DNA from: Spironucleus salmonicida
Lineage: Eukaryota
Reading direction: 5' to 3'
Length of the DNA stretch: 64,000 bases
Assembly: GCF_000497125.1 (NCBI RefSeq)
Contig: NC_090603.1
Span: 124,001 to 188,000, forward strand
Shown here: positions 50,615-62,900 of the stretch, in pieces
How the letters are laid out: each line of letters starts with the position of its first letter
Numbering within the stretch: the first letter of the stretch is position 1
Program-made: the position numbers and the translations under genes
The notes under the pieces: model-generated
The model's database searches: none
What the model was told of the DNA's origin: nothing
The model's input: only the letters and a program-made list of their open reading frames with translations

Positions 50615-53600
50615 TCATTTCTACCTCTTCTTAGCTGACTTCCTAACTTCAGACTCATATATTCTTAACATAGATTTAGGGGTGACGACGTCTGACTAAA
50701 AAAGAATAATATCTGACTAGATAACACCCACCTGAGCAATCGACTTAGAAAAGTTTTTAGCTTTTAATGTCAGTCCTATCTCACTATGAGAGCCAGAGTC
50801 GAACATCATGTAGTATACACCATCCTACTAGTCCATAATTCCCTCCAAGCCTGTGAAACCGTGAAAAGTGATTAAGAAGTCCGGATGCTTTTAGTCGATA
50901 GTTTAAAATTTTCTAAATAACTCTTATTTGTCTATTGAGATAGCGCAGATTAGAGTTTTACAGCTAGCAGTGGTTTTCAATGATTAAAATACAAGATTCG
51001 AATAATTCAAGCCATACTTCAATATTGATTACTAAAATTCACTAAAAGTAATGTCATCATAAATAAAATCATCAAATGGCTGTTATAAGCAAACAAAGTC
51101 TGCATTTTTGCATATCGACTTCATCAACTCTAATGAAGCCGCTTATGGAAGATCACTTCCAACAATATTGAAATAAATGGAATAAAGATTTTGTGCTTTA
51201 AATATTTTCGATAAATCAGATATGGTTTCATGATTTCCTACTATTGTATACAAAAATAATAATAAAGAGTTTATTTCTGTTAAATACGGCAGGTTTTACA
51301 TAACTAATAACTAATTAATATCGTCGCTGCTAATATTTTTAATAAACTTGCTAAAGTTTATTTATATTTTGTAATAAAATAACACTAAATAGTTTAAATT
51401 AATGTAGCCAGATGAAGTAGTTAATATTTTAAACTCATCATATTAAACAAAATTAATATTATACTGAATATTTTTGTCTAGTTTAACAATATCAAAATAC
51501 TATCCAAAGCAATTTGATTTATTAACTGAAAACAAAGTCTAGTTATTAACATTAACTTACTTTAAATTATTAAACGCTATTTTTTGGTTTTTCATACACA
51601 ACCACAGTTAAGGAGAAATAAAAGGCAGATATAATTATTTTTCTAATGCTTTTTCAGGGCATTGGATATTGTAATAGTCCAAAAAAGTAACAGCTGCCAT
51701 AACTTATACTTTATTAATCAACCCTTTGTCATTATCCAATGCAATAGTTACCTGTTAACTTTTGAATATTTACTTTAATAGTGATACATGTGGTTACGGG
51801 ATTCCAATAATTCTACTATGCTAATAAGACCTTACATCAGAACTTGATTCTATGTTTTGCTGTATGTTGTTCCTTTTAATGAAATTAAATATAGACATAT
51901 CAGTTCCCGCATATATACATTAGGTTTTGATATTATAACTTTTTATGTGGCTTTAGACTCGTTCAATATAGTAATTAATACTTCGCCAAAAAGTTGATTC
52001 AATAGCTCTTAAATTGTATAACTCTTAGATAAATACTAATAAGCCATTACTATTTGACGAACCTTAGGTTATTGTATTATAATATTTCTAAACTTAATCT
52101 AATCCCCTTGGATTATCTATTATTGGAGAATTCATCATTATTAAAGTTAAATATTCGATTGGTTTATATAACTTAGCACACTGTGTATATTTCTCAAAAA
52201 CAAGATCTTAATTATATGATCTCCTCCTATTCTGCTAAACTAAAACTTCGTCCACTAATAGTAATAGATTATCGTTTATTTACACTTTTTAAGGAGAATT
52301 ATCCTGTTACTTGTACTTCTAGGGTAAATGCTAAACTAAATTTGAAGCATATGTCGCAAATTAATCGGAAACACGGTTCATTTACAGTAACAGTTAGCAC
52401 AATGTAGATAGCTTCTGGTCCTTCCAGGCCTCATCTGCCTCTTAGCACAGAATTTCCTACGCCTCTATACTATTGATGGCGTCAGTACCTTCTTTCGGGA
52501 GAGTTCCTTTTCTGGCGGCTATGAACTCGTTAATGTAAACAACTACAATGTTAATAACCTTAACCGTCTCCTTCTGCAATGAGCGTATGGGCACGAGATA
52601 GGTGGCGTCAATATTAGACAACATGCGCGAAAAGTCTAGAATTATTTCATTGTGCTTGCACACTTAGCGCTCGACCACCTGCAAATCCTATTATAATTTC
52701 TCGGTAGCAAATTCCGGATATAGGTTTAACAAAACCTTCATCAGGTCAAACAGCGAAGAAAGCTTCTGGTCCTTCCAGGCCTCATCTGCATTTTGACACA
52801 GAATTTCCTACGCCTCTACGTTATTGATGGCGTCTTTAACTTCTTTCGGGAGACTTTCTTTTCTGGCGGCTATGAACTCGTTAATGTAAATAACTACACT
52901 GCTAATAACCTTAACCGTCTCCTTCTGCAATGAGCGTATGGGCACGAGATAGGTGGCGTCAATATTAGACAACATGCGCGAAAAGTCTAGAATTATTTCA
53001 TTGTGCTTGCACACTTAGCGCTCGACCACCTGCAAATCCTATTATAATTTCTCGGTAGCAAATTCCGGATATAGGTTTAACAAAACCTTCATCAGGTCAA
53101 ACAGCGAAGAAAGCTTCTGGTCCTTCCAGGCCTCATCTGCCGCTTAGCACAGAATTTCCTACGCCTCTACGTTATTGATGGCGTCTTTAACTTCTCTCAG
53201 CATAGATGGTTTTCTGGCGGCTATGAACTCGTTAATATAAGTAACTACACTGCTAATAACCTCAATGGTCTCCTTCGTCTAAAACTTTATTAGATCATTA
53301 GCATGAAACGTCCCAATATTGTTTAGATATGTGATAACATCTACATTGTAAACTTTATTGTGAATATCCCTAAAAATTATTTACAGGTCTGTTTTTAGTT
53401 TCTCATCAATAAAATCTGGGTAAAATTTTTACAAAACCTTCATCAGGTCAAACAGCGAAGAAAGCTTCTGGTCCTTCCAATAAGTAAAATTGCCCAATTT
53501 ATTTCCTTAAAAATTCTATTATTTTACTTTTAACTTCTATCTTACAAATAAAAACGAAATAATTATCAAATAATACTTAGCAAATAGTGCTATTAACTTG

Positions 53601-56600
53601 GAAAAAATATTTGAATATTTAAATAACTAATTTTTTTATACATTCAATAAAATTTCCTACGCCTCTACGTTATTGATGGCGTCTTTAACTTCTTTCGGGA
53701 GACTTTCTTTTCTGGCGGCTATGAACTCGTTAATGTAAATAACTACACTGCTAATAACCTTAACCGTCTCCTTCTGCAATGAGCGTATGGGCACGAGATA
53801 GGTGGCGCCAATATTAGACAGCATGCGCGAAAAGTCTAGAATTATTTCATTGTGCTTGCACACTTAGCGCTCGACCACCTGCAAATCCTATTATAATTTC
53901 TCGGTAGCAAATTCCGGATATAGGTTTAACAAAACCTTCATCAGGTCAAACAGCGAAGAAAGCTTCTGGTCCTTCCAGGCCTCATCTGCATTTTGACACA
54001 GAATTTCCTACGCCTCTACGTTATTGATGGCGTCTTTAACTTCTTTCGGGAGACTTTCTTTTCTGGCGGCTATGAACTCGTTAATGTAAACAACTACAAT
54101 GTTAATAACCTTAACCGTCTCCTTCTGCAATGAGCGTATGGGCACGAGATAGGTGGCGTCAATATTAGACAACATGCGCGAAAAGTCTAGAATTATTTCA
54201 TTGTGCTTGCACACTTAGCGCTCGACCACCTGCAAATCCTATTATAATTTCTCGGTAGCAAATTCCGGATATAGGTTTAACAAAACCTTCATCAGGTCAA
54301 ACAGCGAAGAAAGCTTCTGGTCCTTCCAGGCCTCATCTGCATTTTGACACAGAATTTCCTACGCCTCTACGTTATTGATGGCGTCTTTAACTTCTCTCAG
54401 CATAGATGGTTTTCTGGCGGCTATGAACTCGTTAATATAAGTAACTACACTGCTAATAACCTCAATGGTCTCCTTCGTCTAAAACTTTATTAGATCATTA
54501 GCATGAAACGTCCCAATATTGTTTAGATATGTGATAACATCTACATTGTAAACTTTATTGTGAATATCCCTAAAAATTATTTACAGGTCTGTTTTTAGTT
54601 TCTCATCAATAAAATCTGGGTAAAATTTTTACAAAACCTTCATCAGGTCAAACAGCGAAGAAAGCTTCTGGTCCTTCCAATAAGTAAAATTGCCCAATTT
54701 ATTTCCTTAAAAATTCTATTATTTTACTTTTAACTTCTATCTTACAAATAAAAACGAAATAATTATCAAATAATACTTAGCAAATAGTGCTATTAACTTG
54801 GAAAAAATATTTGAATATTTAAATAACTAATTTTTTTATACATTCAATAAAATTTCCTACGCCTCTACGTTATTGATGGCGTCTTTAACTTCTTTCGGGA
54901 GACTTTCTTTTCTGGCGGCTATGAACTCGTTAATGTAAATAACTACACTGCTAATAACCTTAACCGTCTCCTTCTGCAATGAGCGTATGGGCACGAGATA
55001 GGTGGCGTCAATATTAGACAACATGCGCGAAAAGTCTAGAATTATTTCATTGTGCTTGCACACTTAGCGCTCGACCACCTGCAAATCCTATTATAATTTC
55101 TCGGTAGCAAATTCCGGATATAGGTTTAACAAAACCTTCATCAGGTCAAACAGCGAAGAAAGCTTCTGGTCCTTCCAGGCCTCATCTGCATTTTGACACA
55201 GAATTTCCTACGCCTCTACGTTATTGATGGCGTCTTTAACTTCTTTCGGGAGACTTTCTTTTCTGGCGGCTATGAACTCGTTAATGTAAATAACTACACT
55301 GCTAATAACCTTAACCGTCTCCTTCTGCAATGAGCGTATGGGCACGAGATAGGTGGCGTCAATATTAGACAACATGCGCGAAAAGTCTAGAATTATTTCA
55401 TTGTGCTTGCACACTTAGCGCTCGACCACCTGCAAATCCTATTATAATTTCTCGGTAGCAAATTCCGGATATAGGTTTAACAAAACCTTCATCAGGTCAA
55501 ACAGCGAGGAAAGCTTCTGGTCCTTCCAGGCCTCATCTGCCTCTTAGCACAGAATTTCCTACGCCTCTACGTTATTGATGGCGTCTTTAACTTCTCTCAG
55601 CATAGATGGTTTTCTGGCAGATATGAACTCGTTAATGTAAGCAACCATATTATTAACTAAAGCAATTATTTTAACCTTTTAGAATTTAATTAAGTCAGTT
55701 TCCGAGGTCTTTTCAATCCTTTATAGGCAAATAGCAACATTTAGATTAAGTGATATCCTGCAACATGCTTAAAAATCTTCTTAAATCTTTATAACGAATT
55801 ATTCTTTGATAAATGTTGGAGATAAAATCAATAACGATTTAAGTAGTTCAATCAGTATGCTTATTTAATCTTTAGTTAATCCTGCTCCTTGTGTTATACC
55901 CAAAATACTTTAGTATTTAGTGTAATTTTACAATTATTAATAGCTTCTGGTATGATCAGGTGTCATTACTTAAATAAAATTTTCGCAATTTTTGATAATA
56001 GACTCTAAATATTATTAGCTAAGTATGCTAAACTGCTAACACATATTTGGATCTTTCAAATAAAAATACAACTCATTTTACCAATTTTCTTAAGGACAAA
56101 TTAATAAATACTATGCATGAATATATTTTTCTAATCCTTTTATTTAGTCTTCTTCAAAGTAATCCACAAAAAATACATTATTATATGTTAATAAAATCAG
56201 CTAAATCTCTTAGCGTTTTTTAGTTTCTTCAACAAATAACTAGTTATATAATGACGTGTGATTCCGTCGTAAGGGGTAAAGCACATTCTCATTAAATATA
56301 TAGTTATCCATAACTTTATTCAGTAAAGAATTATGGGTTTATGAATTAACATAGGTATCATATAATGTGATGTCTTTATCTGCTTCAATGTGTAATAATA
56401 CTATATCGGATGCATAATTAAAAATTTTTTTGTTATTTAATGAGTATTTTTAATAGAACTATTAAAAATTAATATATTTCAAATCAAAAAATAACTACCT
56501 GAAACTAAGTAATGGGCTTTTTCGCTACAATATTTCTTAATTCTAAATATATTTCTAGGAAATTTCTTCTAATATTTTCTCATATATTTTATTATACTTT

Positions 56601-57655
56601 TATTTTTCGTATTAATAATCTTCTGAAGTGAAAAATATCTTTAGTGCATCTGCATAGTTTAAACTAGTGTTAGAGTAAATTTGTTATGAAGTATTTTATG
56701 CACACTATACATAAAGTGTAGTATTTCTTAAAGAGAAATAATTATAATAGTATGTAGAAAGTAGAGATACTGATTTCCCTGATCTAGAACTATTGCTTAG
56801 AATTCCATTTTTAATATTTTTATAACTTGCAGTTTATCCAGATACCAAAGATTATAATATAAAATGCTCTGTCTTGAACATAAATGAAGGTGCACATAAC
56901 AACTAAAAAAAATCGATCTTTACTTTATCCTTTAAATGCAATGGAAGATGAAAACAATTATATATTACAAAATTATCAACACTTTCTTCCCAAGAAAGCG
57001 AGTTAAACAATGATTCTGCCTATATAATACATTATATTATATGCTAATTTTGCATTAATTGATTTCCAGCCTACAAAGTTAGGAAATTAGCAGATAACCC
57101 ATAAATAAAGGCCAAAAAATTTGGAGATAGAAGACTTAAATTCTTTACTGTATATTATAGCAGTACAACTATAACATTTAAAGTGGACAGATTTTGAGAG
57201 ATAGAATTCGTAACTGATGCCACATATTCAAATGGTGGATATAAACAAGTAATAACCTGAAAATATTGATCTGCTAAAGTAGAAGAGTCAAGATTTAAGG
57301 TGGTTTAATACACGTTATATCCTAAGTGTACTAATAGGATACCTAAGTTTGACCATAATTCTGATATTTAATGAGTTTAAATATCATGCTTCGGAACATT
57401 GTAACGAATAACAAATCTTCGAATACTAATGTCATTAAATATAAGTTTTTATTGATAAAGTACAACAAATACATGGAAAACTTTTAAAGTTTCCACAGAA
57501 TCAACATTAATTGAAATATAATTCTTAACATCTTTGATGACGTCATCTTAGAATGGAGAAAGACTACTGACTAGTAATTAGCTATCTTCATAGGTAATAT
57601 GGAGATCTAACAACCTTACATGATCATAGTTAAAAATAGTAAATATAGATTTCAT
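50615..57655 (-). CDS. Giant repeat protein copy 2, 2346 aa
   Basis: Same termini as 32968-38661; 7041 bp, in frame; expanded array. Confidence 0.8.
52405..55660 (-). repeat. Coding tandem array A-A-X-B-A-A-X-B-A-A with 1200-bp higher-order period
   Basis: Track ORFs 52808/54008/55208 and 53657/54857 are 1200 bp apart; 351-bp sub-period. Confidence 0.92.
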
Positions 57656-59150
57656 TCTAATGAAAGTAAATATTAATTTAAACCAAAAGATAATAATAAA
57701 TATTATATTGATATATGTTTAATATTTTTTGTTTATATCTAATATATCCTAAATATGAAAATACTCATTATGATATTATGTGCAGTAATACCCAACTTTA
57801 CTAAAAAGAAGAATTATGGATTGTAGAATATTTGAGTTGTAAAGCAGCTCAAGAGTGGTAAGTCATCCAATAAACCCCCTTAATGCCAACATTGATTAAA
57901 ATAAATTGAACAATGAATGAAATAGAAAAGCGATTGAAATTCTTTTTATCGTTTTTTTTAATTTTTATACGTTTGCATAGGTTGGTTTACTACTTCTATA
58001 TTACGTGAAATTTCAACTATAGGTGCTAAAATTTATGAGTGTTAGGCTTACATGCGGAGTAGTGGGAAATTATGTTTATCGACTGTTGCCAATACAGAAA
58101 TAGCACTCTCCGTCCTGTAAAAGCTGTATTTTTGGAAGTAAAATTGTGAAATACGTATTTAAAATGGTAAACTACAATTTTTACTGCTACGATCAATTTA
58201 AATTTTAGTTAAAACTTGGTTTCTAGGTATTATAACTCTCCCATTCATTAAGAATGCACGTGATATTAGCAATCATTCGAAAATCCGTAAACTACCAGAA
58301 TGCATCTCCGGTGCTAAGAAAATGCAATAAGAAAACTGTCAATCCCGATAAGGACGAATTTTTGTAAAGACTTTGCTGAGTTTCTTGAGGGATATGGTCT
58401 TGTCTACAATGTGCAGTTACTGATATCAATAAGTTGGTATCGTCAGCCTTTTTGGATAACCCTAGTGTAGAAGTTTGATTTAATATAGTCCTAGTCCTGT
58501 TAAAAAACGAAATCGAGTAGTAGATACTCATAATTTAGTTCTAACTAAATTGTGAGAATCTACTGTGTTCATTGTTAATTATGACTTTAAAATTTTGGCA
58601 CTAATTAAAAAATTCATATAAAAAGGTAATAAAAATTAATAGAATTCCTACATGCAAATTAAGGTGAGTATTTGCGTTTCTATTACTATACTTAGTAATA
58701 TTTAAACTATACTTTATTTTATTTAACTTTAAGGTGTATATAAATTATTTTGCTATAATTATCCAAGTATCATGATTTAGTGCATTTTTAACTTAAATTA
58801 TAATGTTTATTTTTATTTAATATTATTATATTACTATATTCGTGGAAAAGGAAATTTAAGAATATTTTAATAATATACATTTAACTGCAACTTTACTTTA
58901 TTATTAAAAGGATTACAATAATAAACTATAAATGAGTGAATGCATACTTAAATCGATTATTTTTTCAATTAGTATAAATATATAATATAAATTCGTATAG
59001 TTTCATAATAAATTTTTGTTTACATGTAATTTAATACAATAGCATAATATTGATTTACCATCTTTCTCAAAATCCTTCAAATTTTATTTGTAAATTTCAA
59101 ATTTCCAAAACGTAGATATATAGTTAAATATCCCTTTCAATTACAGAAAA

Positions 59151-59984
59151 ATGCTGGCTGTACTATCCTTAACATGCTACCAGCCCAACTCAACTTTCAC
59201 CTACAATCCCATCACACATGAAGGCACTCTCATAGCGTCTTACTTAGCGCCAGACGACTCCAGGGCTTTCCAATTGTGCTAGCAGCTTTCCGGCCGACTA
59301 GCCAGAGCCCAGGTGGAGCTTGCCAATTCGGAGACGGCCAGTTCGCTAAATTACAATTTTAAGCACTTGGCTGATATTCGGGTCGAGATAAAATTCGATA
59401 CGGTGGAACAGCAAGCGGCAGGCGCTCTCACGAGGCAGTCGAACTTTTTAATCTAAATATTGGACATGGACGCCGAAATCAAACAGACCCTTTCCTATTT
59501 TTCGGTGTTGAGCTTCAACAGCAACGACTGCCTGACCGCTGCCACGTGCGAGATACTAGGCGAGACGCTCATTATCAGCTCCAAAACTACAGGCTGCGAC
59601 TATTCGAATACGCTGTTCGCAGATGCTGCCACCCTGGACGATCCCGTACTGAATCAGAGCGTGTACGCCGAGCTGTCCGCATTCAACAAAACGCTCCGGC
59701 TGACAAGCGGGCTGTTCATGAAAAACCAGGCAGATCCCACAAACCCAGTGGTTACCTTTGACTGCAACAAGCATCTTGAGGAGTCCAACGTCCTTCTGTG
59801 CAGAGAAATTTTATAGGACATAAGATTCACCCCCTTGCTTGACTTTAGCATTATCTTCTACTACTAGATGAAGAGCCCTCGGACAAGTCTCATGCAGCTA
59901 TATAGTAGTAATGAACCCAAAGCAGGGACAACTATTGGTTGTTCCAGCCTCTTAAAAATTATAAACGGTCATCCATAACGGTGA
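59151..59984 (+). CDS. C-terminally truncated, TM-less variant of the type-I membrane protein, 277 aa
   Basis: Near-identical to the intact gene through ...RTSLMQ (59897), then 28 unrelated codons to TGA 59982. Confidence 0.6.
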
Positions 59985-62900
59985 CCATAAGTTTACAATT
60001 CATAATACGACACAAAATATCTAAGTTTTTAGAAAACCAGCTCATCCAACTATTTAACATACTCGAATACAAAGAAGTGAGTATAAAATCACTCTTCCAT
60101 TAAACGAAAAAATAGTATATGTCGTTTATTACTGATTTAAAAAAAATAAATATTTTCACATTCCACACCATGTTAACGTTTTAGTTATTATTTAAACTAG
60201 ATTCTAACTAATTTAATGAAATCTTTTCGTTTATTGTTTTTTAAAACTCTATTAATTAATTCTTATAAATAAATCTTACATACCTTAGATGAGGTTGATT
60301 AGTTCTCTTACAGAATCGTATCTAAAATACTCATCGTGTTGTATAGTCTGACGTCACCCTATTTCTTACCATTAAAACAGTACTCTGATAACGCTACAAC
60401 TCATTCGACCATGTCATACAATATTCTATCTGTTAGTTCTAACGAAATATATCTCGCTGTTAATATTTTACTATAATGCCCAAATTTCGGATTATTACTA
60501 TCCTCTTCAAACTTTAATAAAGATGATTGATATTATTATAATTGGCTTGACTGAAGTTTACTTTACTTGAGTCAATATTTTTGATCACTTCTTTTGAATA
60601 TTATTCTACAGTATCTTATTTTTATAGAACTGGTATCGCTTCTTTATAAGTTGGTTTTGATTCTTAATCTTTTATTACTGCTTATCTGTTCATTTTATTT
60701 ATTAAAAAAATAAGTATTCAAAAAAGTTAATTTATATTTATTGTTATTGATTTTTTAGAAACCATTTTTATTTTTGTGTTCACTTTAGAAATCGGACGCC
60801 TCAGGGTTTCCATTTTATTCATTTTATTTTGTGTTATCTGAATTAATTGAATTTGATGCCATTCAATTTTATTAATACTTAAAAAAATCTTTTTAATTAT
60901 TGAAATATTATCGAATACTAAAATGTCAATCTTTATAGTACCTCTGCAAGATTCATTATTCTTCTTAATTAATGAATTTAATTATATAATTTAGATGATG
61001 TCTAAGATTTTGATTGCAATTATTCTTCTTGTCTTAGTAAATAGTATTCAAATTTTAACTCGTAAGATATTTGCTAATCATATTTTAGTTCTTATATTGA
61101 TTTATATTTATTATTTACGTATTTATGTTTTACTTTACATTCGATAGCAGAATACATTCTACTTAACTATTTTCTTCGTTGTTTCATATAAGTTTTTTTC
61201 TATCGTGTCTGTCATCATTCAACCTTATTAATATAAAAATTAATCTTGTTTAAGTATAATAAAGTGGTATTAAACTTTAATGCTCCAAATTTGATGTTAT
61301 ACTTTCACTCATCAAATAGGAAAAAATTCTTGACATGCTTTACCTTCAGATTACCTTTAGGGATCATAACCGTTTTTAATTTTTATACAATATATAAAGC
61401 ATTTGCTCAGTTTCCTCTGCGTTCCTTACTACTACATTTCTTCTAATTTTTCTCAATCCTAGGGTACCATTATTTTATGATACCGCTCATTTTGAGCCTT
61501 TCAGCCCTTACTGATTCAGAATCAATTACGATGCTAACAGCTTCAGCTCCTGCCTAAAACCGAAGATCCGGTTCAGGTCAATTACGTGATTGCTCTTCTC
61601 TAGGGGCTTCATCTGAATGTCTAACTTCTTCGCAAGCCCCAGAGTTAAAATTTCAGCATTTTCTTGCATGAGGGGTGCAGATCTGGCGATTTCAGCAGCG
61701 ATAGTGTGTTATATCACGTAACTGGAATTCTGAGCGAATCGCTTCACTAGTTCGCGCACTAGGCATGCTGATCCTCTAATATTACGTCGAAAAATGCAAA
61801 ATTATCTTTAGCCTGGCTAGCGATCGAAGCGGGTAATGTAATTCAAAATTTTAATACTCTTATATATCGAGATAATTATATTTTGAAATATCGGTTTTTC
61901 CGTAGAATTTGCTCAGATCAGCCTTGAAAGTGAGCCTGCAACGTTATTTCTTGCTCAAAATCGCGATGAAGACATTTTTTATGCCGCCGAAACGACCGCC
62001 AAATGCTCGAATTTCTGCACAAGCTCGCGAGCGATCTGCGCTAACTCGGTCTCGACGTTTTTGAGCCTATCCGCGACGTGACCCAGGACGCCTTCGGACC
62101 GCCCTGCTCGATGCATCTCACAGACTCCTCGTTGAGGCGGCTCTGGAGGTTCGTCCACGAACTATTATAGTATTATAGTATTATAGTATTATAGTATTAT
62201 AGTATTATAACTATTGCAACTATTATAACTTCTAAGCCTACTGCAGTATCACCGAATTCGCACCTTTTCGAAGGTCTGAATTTTGCTTTCCGGGCTCGAA
62301 ACCCCCTCCGCGAAGTCGCAAGAATGCGCTGTTTGGGGGCATGATACTGCTTAATCTGGGAGTGCATGGCTCTTAATGTGTTGTTTTGCGCTGACTGAGT
62401 TTTTGGTCGAATTTCAGAGGGTTCCGGGTGTATGTTTGGGAGCGGGAAAAGGGCGAAAAGGAAGGACTTTAAATCACTTCTTTCATAGAATGGACGTAAT
62501 GCACTTTTCCGGTGTAGCGGCGATCGTTTAGCACTGCTTTTCGAAAATGTGGAGCTTTCGGTCAATAAGAAGTCGGTAAAGTGAGCAATCTGGTAGGTGT
62601 CGTTTGGGGATTATAGCGGAGATTGCGATATCGGATTTTGTGTCCGGGCGATTTCGATGAACGGGGCTGGTTGAGGCATGTAGAGTTTTTCAGCTTCTTC
62701 GGTTTGGCGAATTCGTCGTTTTTCAGCGAGTTTAGGTAATTGATGTGTGAAATGTGCGCATAGTCGTAGTTACTCGCGAAATGCAGCGTTTACTGGTGTT
62801 TTTCATACTGGAAATGAAGCTGCATGTCGCTTTTTCGATGGTATCATTTTACGACTTTTTTGACGATTTGGTTCAGAACGTTCGCGGAGTACTCTAAGTT

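Larger units (their letters stand above)
49952..59897. repeat. Right arm of the large inverted duplication (partner 30726-39324)
   Basis: Near-identical apart from scattered SNPs and 1347 extra bp in the repeat array. Confidence 0.94.

Noticed and set aside
53480-53650. AT-rich cassette as a spliceosomal intron
   Set aside because: No GT..AG boundaries restoring the normal unit and no ACTAAC branch motif; it is in frame
35560-55414. Many identical 68-aa ORFs suggesting a multicopy small gene or CRISPR-like array
   Set aside because: They are TAR-bounded pieces of 351-bp coding repeats in two large ORFs; no unique spacers or cas genes
30726-59897. Inverted arms as terminal inverted repeats of a giant transposon (Polinton-like)
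   Set aside because: No integrase, polymerase B, capsid or transposase motifs seen; the core is housekeeping genes and the arm ends cut host genes
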